Part shown: positions 46,055 through 54,368 of the stretch, one piece after another
How the letters are laid out: each line of letters starts with the position of its first letter
Position numbering within the stretch: the stretch's first letter is position 1
Notes under the pieces: model-generated
The model's input: only the letters and a program-made list of their open reading frames with translations
Told to the model about the DNA's origin: nothing
Database searches by the model: none
Translations under genes and position numbers: made by a program
DNA from: Actinomycetota bacterium
Lineage (GTDB): Bacteria; Actinomycetota; Coriobacteriia; Anaerosomatales; UBA912
Reading direction: 5' to 3'
DNA length: 64,000 bases
Assembly (NCBI GenBank): GCA_018334075.1
Contig: JAGXSC010000008.1
Location: forward strand, 3,342-67,341

Positions 46055-49000
46055 GCGCTGTGCAGATTGCGATCTTATCCGCTGTAGGTATTCCGTGGAT
46101 TGCCGCTGCAGGCCTGCTCGCGCTTGGGGAAAACAGAAACAGGGCTCGCCTTGTCACTGGCGTTGTAGCCGCGATTGCAACGACAGCCGCAGTGCTATAC
46201 CTGGGTTTCATCGTGGCGGGCCCGGCCGATCCGCCCTCAATCTATCTGCCGCTGCTGGGTATCGGGTTTGGGCTAATGGCTGACGGCCTGGGAGTTTTGT
46301 TCGCGCTTTTGGCAGCGTCGCTTTGGCTGGTAACTACGATCTATGCGACAGGCTATATGGCGAGCGCAAAGGACAAGGCTCGCTTTTTTGGATTTTTCGC
46401 AATATGCGTCGGCTCGGCAATCGGAATCGCGCTGTCATCCAATCTGCTGACGCTGTTCATATTCTACGAGGCCTTGACTTTGGCCACCTATCCACTGGTG
46501 GCTCACAAGGGAACCGAAGCCGCAATTCGTGGCGGCCGGACGTATCTCAAGTACGCCCTTACCGGCGGAGCAGCGCTTGCGCTTGGCACTATCTGGCTCT
46601 ACTCGATGGGGGCTGGGTCATTTATCCCGGGAGGATCAATCCCGGCGGAGCTCTTTGACTCACACGGCGGTCAGCTGACCGTCATCTTTGCATTGTTGAT
46701 TGCGGGATTTGGTGTGAAAGCAGCGCTATTTCCCGCACATGGGTGGTTGCCTGCGGCTATGGTCGCTCCCGCTCCGGTCAGCTCGCTGTTGCATGCTGTT
46801 GCCGTAGTCAAGGCGGGCGTTTTTGGCATTGCACGCGTTGTCCTTGACCTCTTCGGTCCAGCCGGCGCAGCATATCTCGGGGTTCTTGCGCCACTTGCCG
46901 GCCTAGCTGCCTTCACAATTGTTTTTGCTTCTATAAAGGCGCTCTTGCAAGACGACATCAAGAAGCGGCTCGCTTACTCGACTATCGGTCAGCTCTCTTA
47001 TATCGTCCTTGGGATTGCTATTGGTACTCCGATTGCGATCGCTGCAGCTTGCGCTCACCTTGCTCACCATGCGTTGATGAAGATCACGATGTTTTTCACA
47101 GCAGGAGCGCTTGAGAAGGAGCTGAAGATAAGTCGAGTAAGCCAGATGGACGGTATTGGCAAACGGATGCCACTGACCATGCTCGCGTTCTCCGTCGCCG
47201 CGCTAGGGATCATTGGTGTGCCCCCGGCTGCGGGGTTTGTCTCCAAGTGGGGGCTAGGTCTCGGCGGTCTTGAAGCGAATCAGTTGTGGCCTCTTGGGGT
47301 TCTGGCTCTAAGTAGCGTCTTGAACGCCGTTTACCTGATGCCCATGATCGGGCGCGCCTGGTTCGGTCAGCTAGATCCGAAACTGGCCGAAACCTGGCGC
47401 ACGCCGAGCAGAAACTCTAGCGAGGCTGACCGCAGGCTCGTATTGCCGCTGGTGTTCACCTCCGCACTTGGCTTACTGGCCGGTCCTGCAGCAGTGTTCG
47501 CGTGGTCGCCCGCCTCATGGTCTGCCGCCATAGCGGGCGCCGACCTTTCGCTTGCTATACCTTGGCGCCTCGCTGCATTAGCACTTGATGATTACGGCCT
47601 ACTCTTTCTTTGGGTTACGGTTGTGGCTTGGAGCGCTTCTTTCATCGCCCTATGGAGATCAGGGCTATCCGAGAAGCCTCGTTTCTACACCTTTTTCCTG
47701 CTTTCTGCGTTGGGCTCCGTTGGGCTCGCTTTCGCTTTGGATCCGGCAATATTTTATGCGTGCTTCTCGGTCATGGCGCTCTCTGCCTATGGCTTGATAG
47801 TTCACAGCGGAACCGCCGAGGCCAAAAAAGCGGGCAGAATCTATCTTGCCTTCACGGTTGTTGCCGAGGCGCTTCTTCTTGCTGGACTGCTGATCGGGTC
47901 TTACGGCGCTGCAGGGTTTTCGATTGTGCTTGCCGAGTCGCAGTGGCGTGATTTGGGGATCGGTCTTTTGATTGCCGCATTCGGCATCAAGATCGGCGCG
48001 CTTGGCGTTCATGGGTGGATGCCCTTTGCTTATCACGCTGTGCCAAGAGGTGTCGGCGCGGCAATAGCAGGAGTGGTCTCCTCGGCGGGTATTCTTGGAA
48101 TGATCAGATTTTTGCCCGGAGGTGTCGCTGATTTTGAAGCGTGGGGTATATTTCTGATCGGCATCGGCCTTGTGACAGCGTTTTATGCGGCGCTCGTCGG
48201 TTGTCTTCAGCACGAATCCAGGCACGTACTCGCGTATTCAAGCATGAGTCAATTTGGCATCATGGTTATCGGGATCGGAGCGGGGATGGCTTCAGCCGAA
48301 ATGTGGCCTGTCGCCGCCTCCGCGGTTGCCATTTATATGCTTCACCATGGGTTCGCCAAGGCCGCCTTGTTCTCTGGCGATGATCATCGTACTGCCTTCG
48401 GGTCAGGCGTGTTGATTTTGGGCGCGCTGGGTGTCGCCGGTGTGGCTCTAGCCGGGTTGCCCTTTACAAGTGGGGCCGTAGCCAAAACAGCTCTGAAAGA
48501 AGCGCTATATCTTGCCCCCCTGGCCAACGCTCTCGAAATCCTTCTCCCATTGACCGCGGTTGGCACTACCTTGTTGATGTCGAGATTTCTCGTGCTTGTT
48601 GCAACAGGCTCAGGTGCGGAGAAAATCAGCAAGGGTCAAAAGCCGGGATCCGCCGCATCACTTGCAATACTGATTGTGTTTACAGCGGGATTTGCGTGGC
48701 TAAGTAGTTATCAGCCGATATCTTATGCCGCCGATAAGTCACTGTCGTTGGCCACCTCTGTCGCGCTGATTTGGCCCGTCGCACTTGGTGCTGTGATCGC
48801 CCTAGCGTTTTGGATCGCGCGCGGCACTAGAGCCGTCAGGTCGCTTCCTGGACTCCTTCCACCCGGCGACCTCATGTCACCGATTATGAACTCCTTCGAC
48901 CGGCTCTGGCTCGCTTACCAGGGGTCATTGATAGAGCCGCGTCCCGAGAAAGTCCGGACGCCCTTCTCGGCAGAGCGCTTATATATTGCGCTTGGACTGG

Positions 49001-49080
49001 AAAAACGACTGATTACATGGCGGATCGCAGCTGTTGGGGTTGCGCTTCTGTTGGCAGTTATACTGTTGATGACGCTGTGA
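46051..49080 (+). CDS. Tandem fusion of two antiporter-like (MrpD/NuoL-M-N family) modules, 1009 aa
   Basis: Module 1 (~aa 1-490) has FYEALTLA, GFGVKAALFPAHGWLP, SSLLHAVAVVKAG, AYSTIGQLSY and HHALMKITMFF. Module 2 (~aa 530-870) has GIKIGALGVHGWMP, AYSSMSQFG and HHGFAKAALF but lacks the TM5 Glu and the TM8 His/Lys. ATGA overlap with mrpD. Confidence 0.8.
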   Translation: MSAVQIAILSAVGIPWIAAAGLLALGENRNRARLVTGVVAAIATTAAVLYLGFIVAGPADPPSIYLPLLGIGFGLMADGLGVLFALLAASLWLVTTIYATGYMASAKDKARFFGFFAICVGSAIGIALSSNLLTLFIFYEALTLATYPLVAHKGTEAAIRGGRTYLKYALTGGAALALGTIWLYSMGAGSFIPGGSIPAELFDSHGGQLTVIFALLIAGFGVKAALFPAHGWLPAAMVAPAPVSSLLHAVAVVKAGVFGIARVVLDLFGPAGAAYLGVLAPLAGLAAFTIVFASIKALLQDDIKKRLAYSTIGQLSYIVLGIAIGTPIAIAAACAHLAHHALMKITMFFTAGALEKELKISRVSQMDGIGKRMPLTMLAFSVAALGIIGVPPAAGFVSKWGLGLGGLEANQLWPLGVLALSSVLNAVYLMPMIGRAWFGQLDPKLAETWRTPSRNSSEADRRLVLPLVFTSALGLLAGPAAVFAWSPASWSAAIAGADLSLAIPWRLAALALDDYGLLFLWVTVVAWSASFIALWRSGLSEKPRFYTFFLLSALGSVGLAFALDPAIFYACFSVMALSAYGLIVHSGTAEAKKAGRIYLAFTVVAEALLLAGLLIGSYGAAGFSIVLAESQWRDLGIGLLIAAFGIKIGALGVHGWMPFAYHAVPRGVGAAIAGVVSSAGILGMIRFLPGGVADFEAWGIFLIGIGLVTAFYAALVGCLQHESRHVLAYSSMSQFGIMVIGIGAGMASAEMWPVAASAVAIYMLHHGFAKAALFSGDDHRTAFGSGVLILGALGVAGVALAGLPFTSGAVAKTALKEALYLAPLANALEILLPLTAVGTTLLMSRFLVLVATGSGAEKISKGQKPGSAASLAILIVFTAGFAWLSSYQPISYAADKSLSLATSVALIWPVALGAVIALAFWIARGTRAVRSLPGLLPPGDLMSPIMNSFDRLWLAYQGSLIEPRPEKVRTPFSAERLYIALGLEKRLITWRIAAVGVALLLAVILLMTL

Positions 49081-49101
49081 GCATCACGAAAGGGGCGACA
49101 G

Positions 49102-49431
49102 ATGAAGGCTTCTCGGCTAGCTTTGGCAGGACTGATGGTTGTACTGTCAGTAGCGACTTTTGGCGTGCTGGCTGGCTGCGCTCCGACTGACGCAAGTCAG
49201 GACCCGCCAGCAGAGGTTCAAGAAGATGCGACCCCCGCTGCGGAGGATCCCCTCAGCCCGCAGGCGCTCGTTGAAAGCAGATGCTCGGCGTGTCATACAC
49301 TTGATCGGGTCCAAGCTGCCGAGTACGATAGGGCGGGATGGGAGCGGACTGTTGATCGCATGGTGGGCAAAGGCCTCAATCTGACGGACGAGGAGTACGC
49401 CGCTATAGTCGAGTATCTCTCGACGCGGTAA
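49102..49431 (+). CDS. Lipoprotein monoheme c-type cytochrome
   Basis: Signal peptide with lipobox VLAGC. A single CSACH haem-binding motif followed by ...W..TV.RM...(E)EY..IV.YL. AAAGGGG SD. Sits 21 nt after the fused antiporter gene. Confidence 0.7.
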   Translation: MKASRLALAGLMVVLSVATFGVLAGCAPTDASQDPPAEVQEDATPAAEDPLSPQALVESRCSACHTLDRVQAAEYDRAGWERTVDRMVGKGLNLTDEEYAAIVEYLSTR

Positions 49432-50358
49432 TCATGTCTGGCTAAACAGCTCTTCGGGCACAAGGAGTCTCGTCGCCCCGGGAAGCACTCGTGCCTCAAA
49501 TGGGGTTGTGGCAGATAGTAGCTCGCCGTCGAACTGAACCTGCAAGGCAGGCTCGGCCTCAACGATGATGTGCTTGGCGACGTATGCCTCCACTCCAGGG
49601 CTTCGATCGGCGTAATTGCCGGTGGTCAGGTCGACGATTGCGGCCCAGACAACAGGAAGCAGCTCAAGCGCGTTTTTCGTTCTCAATACAATGACGTCGA
49701 GAAGCCCATCGGTCGGATCACTGTGGTGTATAAGCGGGATATCGAATTGCAGTCGAGCCACATTGAGAACCAGCACGGCTATACCTTCAGTCCTCACGAC
49801 CTTATCGTTGTCGAGAGTCAGTGTGAACTTTGATATTGTCGGCATCAGGTTGGCAAGTGCGCCCACAAAGTATGCACTGACCCCCAAGGACTGCTTGAGA
49901 TCGTCCGCTACCTCTACTATTGAGGTGTGGAATCCCGCTCCGGCACCGACCAAAAAGCCTTCGACCCGGCGATCCAGCGAGCCGGGTGAGCCGATTCGCA
50001 CTTCTCCCATGTCTAACTCCATCGTAATATCTCCTAGGGCTATCGATGCCAGCCTTTGGGGATCTGAGGGTATTTTGAGGTTCATCGCCAGCAGGTTTGC
50101 CGTGCCTGCAGGATACGCAAGCACCGGAACGTTTGTTCCGCGCAAGGCATAGCATACGCCGGTAACTGTGCCATCGCCTCCAGCTGCGATTACTCGGTCA
50201 AACTTGTGGCCGTCGCGTACGATGTCCCTGAGCGTGGTTCCCCCATGGAAGTGGCGTAAGGTAACTTCAGCGCCCGTGTGGCCGATCGCTTTTATAGTCT
50301 CGTATATCCCGGCGCCGCTCTGACCGGACCGTGCATTGATTACGCAAAGTACCCGCAT
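49432..50358 (-). CDS. Diacylglycerol/lipid kinase family protein (YegS/BmrU-like)
   Basis: RVLCVINARSG at the N-terminus and the AAGGDGTV nucleotide-binding motif. Start placed at ATG 50358. Confidence 0.8.
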   Translation of the reverse strand: MRVLCVINARSGQSGAGIYETIKAIGHTGAEVTLRHFHGGTTLRDIVRDGHKFDRVIAAGGDGTVTGVCYALRGTNVPVLAYPAGTANLLAMNLKIPSDPQRLASIALGDITMELDMGEVRIGSPGSLDRRVEGFLVGAGAGFHTSIVEVADDLKQSLGVSAYFVGALANLMPTISKFTLTLDNDKVVRTEGIAVLVLNVARLQFDIPLIHHSDPTDGLLDVIVLRTKNALELLPVVWAAIVDLTTGNYADRSPGVEAYVAKHIIVEAEPALQVQFDGELLSATTPFEARVLPGATRLLVPEELFSQT

Positions 50359-50469
50359 TTTTGGTGTCCTGACCCTGATTAGCACGATTGCCGGAAGAAA
50401 GTCGGCGCTCAGCTGGCCTGTTTGTTTTTTGGAGCTATCGGACAGGAGCGCATTACGATAGTCTAGCTA

Positions 50470-51672
50470 ATGAAGGGAGTCTATGTGTACGTTGATGACG
50501 ATGATACGCTAAATACGCTATGTGAGAGTATCAGAAGCTCTCCGCTACTAGCTATTGACACGGAGTTTATGCGAGAGCGCACCTACTATGCGCGCCTGTG
50601 TTTGATCCAGGTGGCTACTAGTGATGTCACTGCAATTATCGACCCACTTGCGGTAAAAGACCTAAAACCTCTCGAATCCCTGTTGACGGATGAGCGAAGC
50701 CTAAAGATATTCCACGCCGGACAACAGGACCTTGAGATATTCTTTCAGCTCATGGGGGAGCCCGTGCGCCCAGTATTTGACACTCAGATCGCCGCGACTC
50801 TCGCAGGGTTTCCGCAGCAGGTTTCTTACCGCACGCTGGTGAGTGACTGTGCTGGTGTGGAGTTGGACAAGTCGGATACCTATACCGATTGGGCTCGAAG
50901 ACCTCTTTCTGCGACCCAGATCGAGTACGCGCTAAACGATGTACGCTATCTGCCCGTTATATATTCGCATCTAATCGACGAGCTTCATGCCGCCAATCGT
51001 ATGGAATGGCTGAAGCCGGATCTCGAGCGGCTTGTCGATCCGGCAACTTTCACGCTGAACCCTGACACAACTTTTCTCAAAACAAAGAAAACATCATCGC
51101 TGAATCGCCGTCAGCTTGGGGTATTGCAGAAAATCGCTGCCTGGCGGGAGTATGAAGCACAAAAAAGGAATATCCCAAGACGATGGGTGCTTACCGACGA
51201 GTCGCTGGTGGAGATTGCTCGCCGAGCACCTTCGGATATAGAGCAGTTGATGTCGATCCGCGGCGTTAAAGACAAGCTGCCAAAAGCCGTATATCCCCAA
51301 CTACTTACTGTAATCGCCGAGGGCTTGGCTCTGAAAGACTCCGAGTTGCCCGGTGCCTATAAGCGTCGACACCGTCCCGCTGAAGTGGACGGAGTGGTTG
51401 AGCTGATGGCGGCACTGATTCGTGTGCGTGCCAAGGAGCATAATGTTGCAGCAACTTCTCTGGGTTCAAGAGAAGATATCGAAGCCTTGGCGGCTGGAGA
51501 TCGTGATGGAACTCCACTGTTGCAGGGCTGGAGAAGGGCTCTTGTCGGGGATGAGTTGCTGCAGCTACTTGAAGGCAAAGTATCAATCTCGGTTGCCGAC
51601 AACGTGCTCAGTATCAAAAGAGTATATGAGGATCCAGTGGGGGATGCCGAAGATGGCACACATCTTGCGTAA
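50470..51672 (+). CDS. rnd: Ribonuclease D
   Basis: DEDD exonuclease motifs (LAIDTEFMRE, FHAGQQDLE, YALNDVRYL) and an HRDC-like region (QLGVLQKIAAWRE). Confidence 0.85.
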   Translation: MKGVYVYVDDDDTLNTLCESIRSSPLLAIDTEFMRERTYYARLCLIQVATSDVTAIIDPLAVKDLKPLESLLTDERSLKIFHAGQQDLEIFFQLMGEPVRPVFDTQIAATLAGFPQQVSYRTLVSDCAGVELDKSDTYTDWARRPLSATQIEYALNDVRYLPVIYSHLIDELHAANRMEWLKPDLERLVDPATFTLNPDTTFLKTKKTSSLNRRQLGVLQKIAAWREYEAQKRNIPRRWVLTDESLVEIARRAPSDIEQLMSIRGVKDKLPKAVYPQLLTVIAEGLALKDSELPGAYKRRHRPAEVDGVVELMAALIRVRAKEHNVAATSLGSREDIEALAAGDRDGTPLLQGWRRALVGDELLQLLEGKVSISVADNVLSIKRVYEDPVGDAEDGTHLA

Positions 51673-51741
51673 TCATATTGCTTGAGCAGCATCGTTTCGG
51701 CCTATAGTTTAAGGCCTTGTAGTTTGGAAGGGGCGTTCGTC

Positions 51742-52407
51742 ATGGGTTGGTACTGGATCATATTGATTATCGGCCTGGCCCTGGGCGGCTTGACCCAGTT
51801 GTTTGTAAACAGCTCGTTCAAGAGGTTCAGCAAAGTCGCGTTGGCAACTGGACAATCCGGGGCGGAGGTTGCCCGAAGGATGCTGGATGCCGAAGGATTG
51901 CACAATGTGCGCATAGAGCGTGTCGATGGTCATCTGTCGGATCACTATGATCCGCGAACTAATGTGATCAGGCTCTCCCCAAAGGTTCATGACGGCCGGA
52001 CTGTTTCAGCGGCAGGAGTTGCTGCTCATGAGGCTGGCCATGCCGTTCAGCATGCTCGGCAGTTTGTGTTCGCCCGCATACGGTCAGCGTTGGTTCCTAC
52101 TGCCCAGCTAGGCTCCTCGCTCTCTTTTCCTCTGATAATGGCAGGGGTATTCATGAACTTCGCCGACCTTATACTTCTCGGAGTACTAGTGTTCGCTGCG
52201 GCCGTTCTGTTTCAGATCGTCACCTTGCCGGTAGAGTTCGATGCCTCGCGCCGCGCAATGCTGGCTCTTTCAACTGGAAATATGCTGCCTTCCGAGCAGA
52301 TCTCAGGCGCTCGACAGGTTCTTACCGCAGCAGCTCTGACATATGTCGCGGCGACAGCCGTTGCTGTTCTCCAGCTGATATACTTTCTCAGTCTTGCAAG
52401 GCGTTAG
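51742..52407 (+). CDS. Membrane zinc metallopeptidase (YugP-like, Zn_peptidase_2 type)
   Basis: MGWYWIILIIG N-terminus, the HEAGHAVQH zinc motif and C-terminal TM helices. Start trimmed to ATG 51742. Confidence 0.8.
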   Translation: MGWYWIILIIGLALGGLTQLFVNSSFKRFSKVALATGQSGAEVARRMLDAEGLHNVRIERVDGHLSDHYDPRTNVIRLSPKVHDGRTVSAAGVAAHEAGHAVQHARQFVFARIRSALVPTAQLGSSLSFPLIMAGVFMNFADLILLGVLVFAAAVLFQIVTLPVEFDASRRAMLALSTGNMLPSEQISGARQVLTAAALTYVAATAVAVLQLIYFLSLARR

Positions 52408-52462
52408 CCGAAAATGTCGTCAAAGTCTCTGGCCGAAAGTTTTTGGGCTCAGGCTTTAATGG

Positions 52463-53764
52463 TTGCTACCTGTCGGTAAAGTAGAGGTCGGGGGATACTT
52501 GTCCCAGCAAAATGCGGTTTCGGTGAGCGATGCGCTGCTTGCGGCCAAGCGCTCACTCGAGAGCCTTGCGTTTCGCGTCGTTGGCGAGATATCGGAGTTC
52601 AGCGACAAGCCAGGATACAAGGCCGCCTACTTCTCGCTGCGAGACGATAGCGCCTCTATGCCGTGCTTGATGTGGCGCGATGTATTTATGGCCTCAGGGG
52701 TTGAACTTAGATGCGGGATGCTTGTAATCCTCGAAGGGAATTTCTCGGCGTATGTTCCCAAAGGCCGCCTTCAGTTCATCGTTCGTTCGATAACTCCCGC
52801 AGGTGAAGGTGCGCATCGGCTACGAGTCGCAGCACTTGCACGTAAGCTTGAGTTGGAAGGACTTATGGCTCCTGGGCGTAAGCGGCCGCTCCCTTCCTAC
52901 CCGGAGCGAATCGCAGTCGTCACCTCTCCTCGCGGCAAGGCCGTGCACGATGTCATTCGCACTCTGAGCAGGCGTTATCCGCTGGCCCACATCTATATCG
53001 CCGGGGTATGCGTGGAGGGACCTGAAGCTCCAGCCGCCATTACGGCAGGGCTTATCTCGGCACAGGATTCCGGTGCGGATGTCATACTGCTTGTCAGGGG
53101 AGGCGGCAGCTATGAAGACTTGTTGCCCTTCAGTGATGAGATGGTTGTTCGCACTGTTGCTTCCTCGCGCGTCCCGGTCGTTACCGGGATCGGCCACGAG
53201 CCTGACACTTCCATAGCCGATATGGTCGCTGATAAGCGCGCTTCAACTCCGACCGCTGCTGCGGAGGCAGTGTCACCCTCTTGTGAGGAGATAGATCGTA
53301 TTTTGCGGGAGTCGCGCAATAAACTTGCAAGGGGCTTACTTCACAGGGCACGAGAGTATCAGCACCGCTACAACCTTTTGGCATCCCGCAGAATCTTCCA
53401 TGAGCCGGCTGCGATTTTTGAGTCTAACTGGCAAAACCTTGACAACCTTAATGCTCGTCTTCAAAGAGTGTTGCCCGACCGCATCAGCAGCGACTCGGCA
53501 AGCCTATCTCAGGCGAGCCAGCAACTGTTGAAGCTGGGGCCTGTCGTCAGTTTTTTGTTCGAGAGTCGTGTGACTGCGCTAGCTGGCAGGTTGGAGGATC
53601 TTTCACCGCTGGCAATCTTGCGCAGAGGTTACTCCGTTTGCTTTGGCGAAGACTCCGGACGTATCGTGCGCTCCGCTAGTGATGTCGCTCCAGGTCAGCT
53701 CGTCATGGTTCAGCTCCATGACGGCAGCCTGCACTGTTTGGTCGATCGAGTAGAAGGAGAGTGA
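52463..53764 (+). CDS. xseA: Exodeoxyribonuclease VII large subunit
   Basis: OB-fold N-terminus (VVGEISEFSDKPGYKAAYFSLRD), VVTSPRGKAVHD, RGGGSYEDL and TGIGHEPD. The exact start is uncertain; TTG 52499 is possible. Confidence 0.85.
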   Translation: MLPVGKVEVGGYLSQQNAVSVSDALLAAKRSLESLAFRVVGEISEFSDKPGYKAAYFSLRDDSASMPCLMWRDVFMASGVELRCGMLVILEGNFSAYVPKGRLQFIVRSITPAGEGAHRLRVAALARKLELEGLMAPGRKRPLPSYPERIAVVTSPRGKAVHDVIRTLSRRYPLAHIYIAGVCVEGPEAPAAITAGLISAQDSGADVILLVRGGGSYEDLLPFSDEMVVRTVASSRVPVVTGIGHEPDTSIADMVADKRASTPTAAAEAVSPSCEEIDRILRESRNKLARGLLHRAREYQHRYNLLASRRIFHEPAAIFESNWQNLDNLNARLQRVLPDRISSDSASLSQASQQLLKLGPVVSFLFESRVTALAGRLEDLSPLAILRRGYSVCFGEDSGRIVRSASDVAPGQLVMVQLHDGSLHCLVDRVEGE

Positions 53765-53770
53765 GGCCAA

Positions 53771-53995
53771 GTGTCTGACAGGCCGGATTTGGAGCAAATG
53801 CGGTTTAGTGATGCGCTTTCAGAGCTGGAGTCGGTAGTGGCTGCTCTTGAGAGTGGGAAGTTGGATTTGGAGGAAAGCCTCGAGAAGTATGAGTACGGAG
53901 TCTCGCTGATGCGTACCCTTCAATCCAAATTGGCCGATGCCCAGCAACGTGTTACGATGCTGGTGGGGGAGCTTGAGCACGAGAATGAGGACTAG
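53771..53995 (+). CDS. xseB: Exodeoxyribonuclease VII small subunit
   Basis: FSDALSELESVVAALESGKLDLEESLEKYEYGVSL. 74 aa, directly after xseA. Confidence 0.85.
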   Translation: MSDRPDLEQMRFSDALSELESVVAALESGKLDLEESLEKYEYGVSLMRTLQSKLADAQQRVTMLVGELEHENED

Positions 53996-54004
53996 GAGGA
54001 AGAC

Positions 54005-54355
54005 GTGAGCAGCCACTGCGTTTTTTGCATGATAGTTTCTGGAGAAATTCCATCTGCAAAGATATACGAAGATGATGAAATTCTTGCATTCGATGACATA
54101 GCGCCACAGTCTCCGGTTCATGCCCTGGTGATACCGAAGCGGCATTTCTCTAACTTGAGCGATGATGTGCCCTCTGATGTGGTGTGCAAGCTTTTTGAAA
54201 GCGTTGCTCGGGTGGCAAAACTCAAAGGCGTGGATAAAACGGGGTACAGGGTTATTGTCAACAATGGCAACGACGCCAATCAGACGGTTGCCCACCTGCA
54301 CGCCCATGTTATGGGTGGTCGACGCATGTCACATGGCATGGTTACATTCGACTAG
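54005..54355 (+). CDS. HIT family (histidine triad) protein
   Basis: CVFCMIVSGEIP N-terminus and the histidine triad HLHAHVMGG. Confidence 0.85.
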   Translation: MSSHCVFCMIVSGEIPSAKIYEDDEILAFDDIAPQSPVHALVIPKRHFSNLSDDVPSDVVCKLFESVARVAKLKGVDKTGYRVIVNNGNDANQTVAHLHAHVMGGRRMSHGMVTFD

Positions 54356-54368
54356 AGATTGAGGCGCA

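Noticed and set aside
48561-48575. TGGCAC followed by N5 then TGTT (sigma-54-like -24 element)
   Set aside because: It lacks the essential -12 GC (TGTT instead of TTGC) and lies deep inside the fused antiporter coding sequence. Other TGGCAC occurrences (near 8266, 39270, 46586, 60545, 61614 and 62315) also lack a correctly spaced TTGC.
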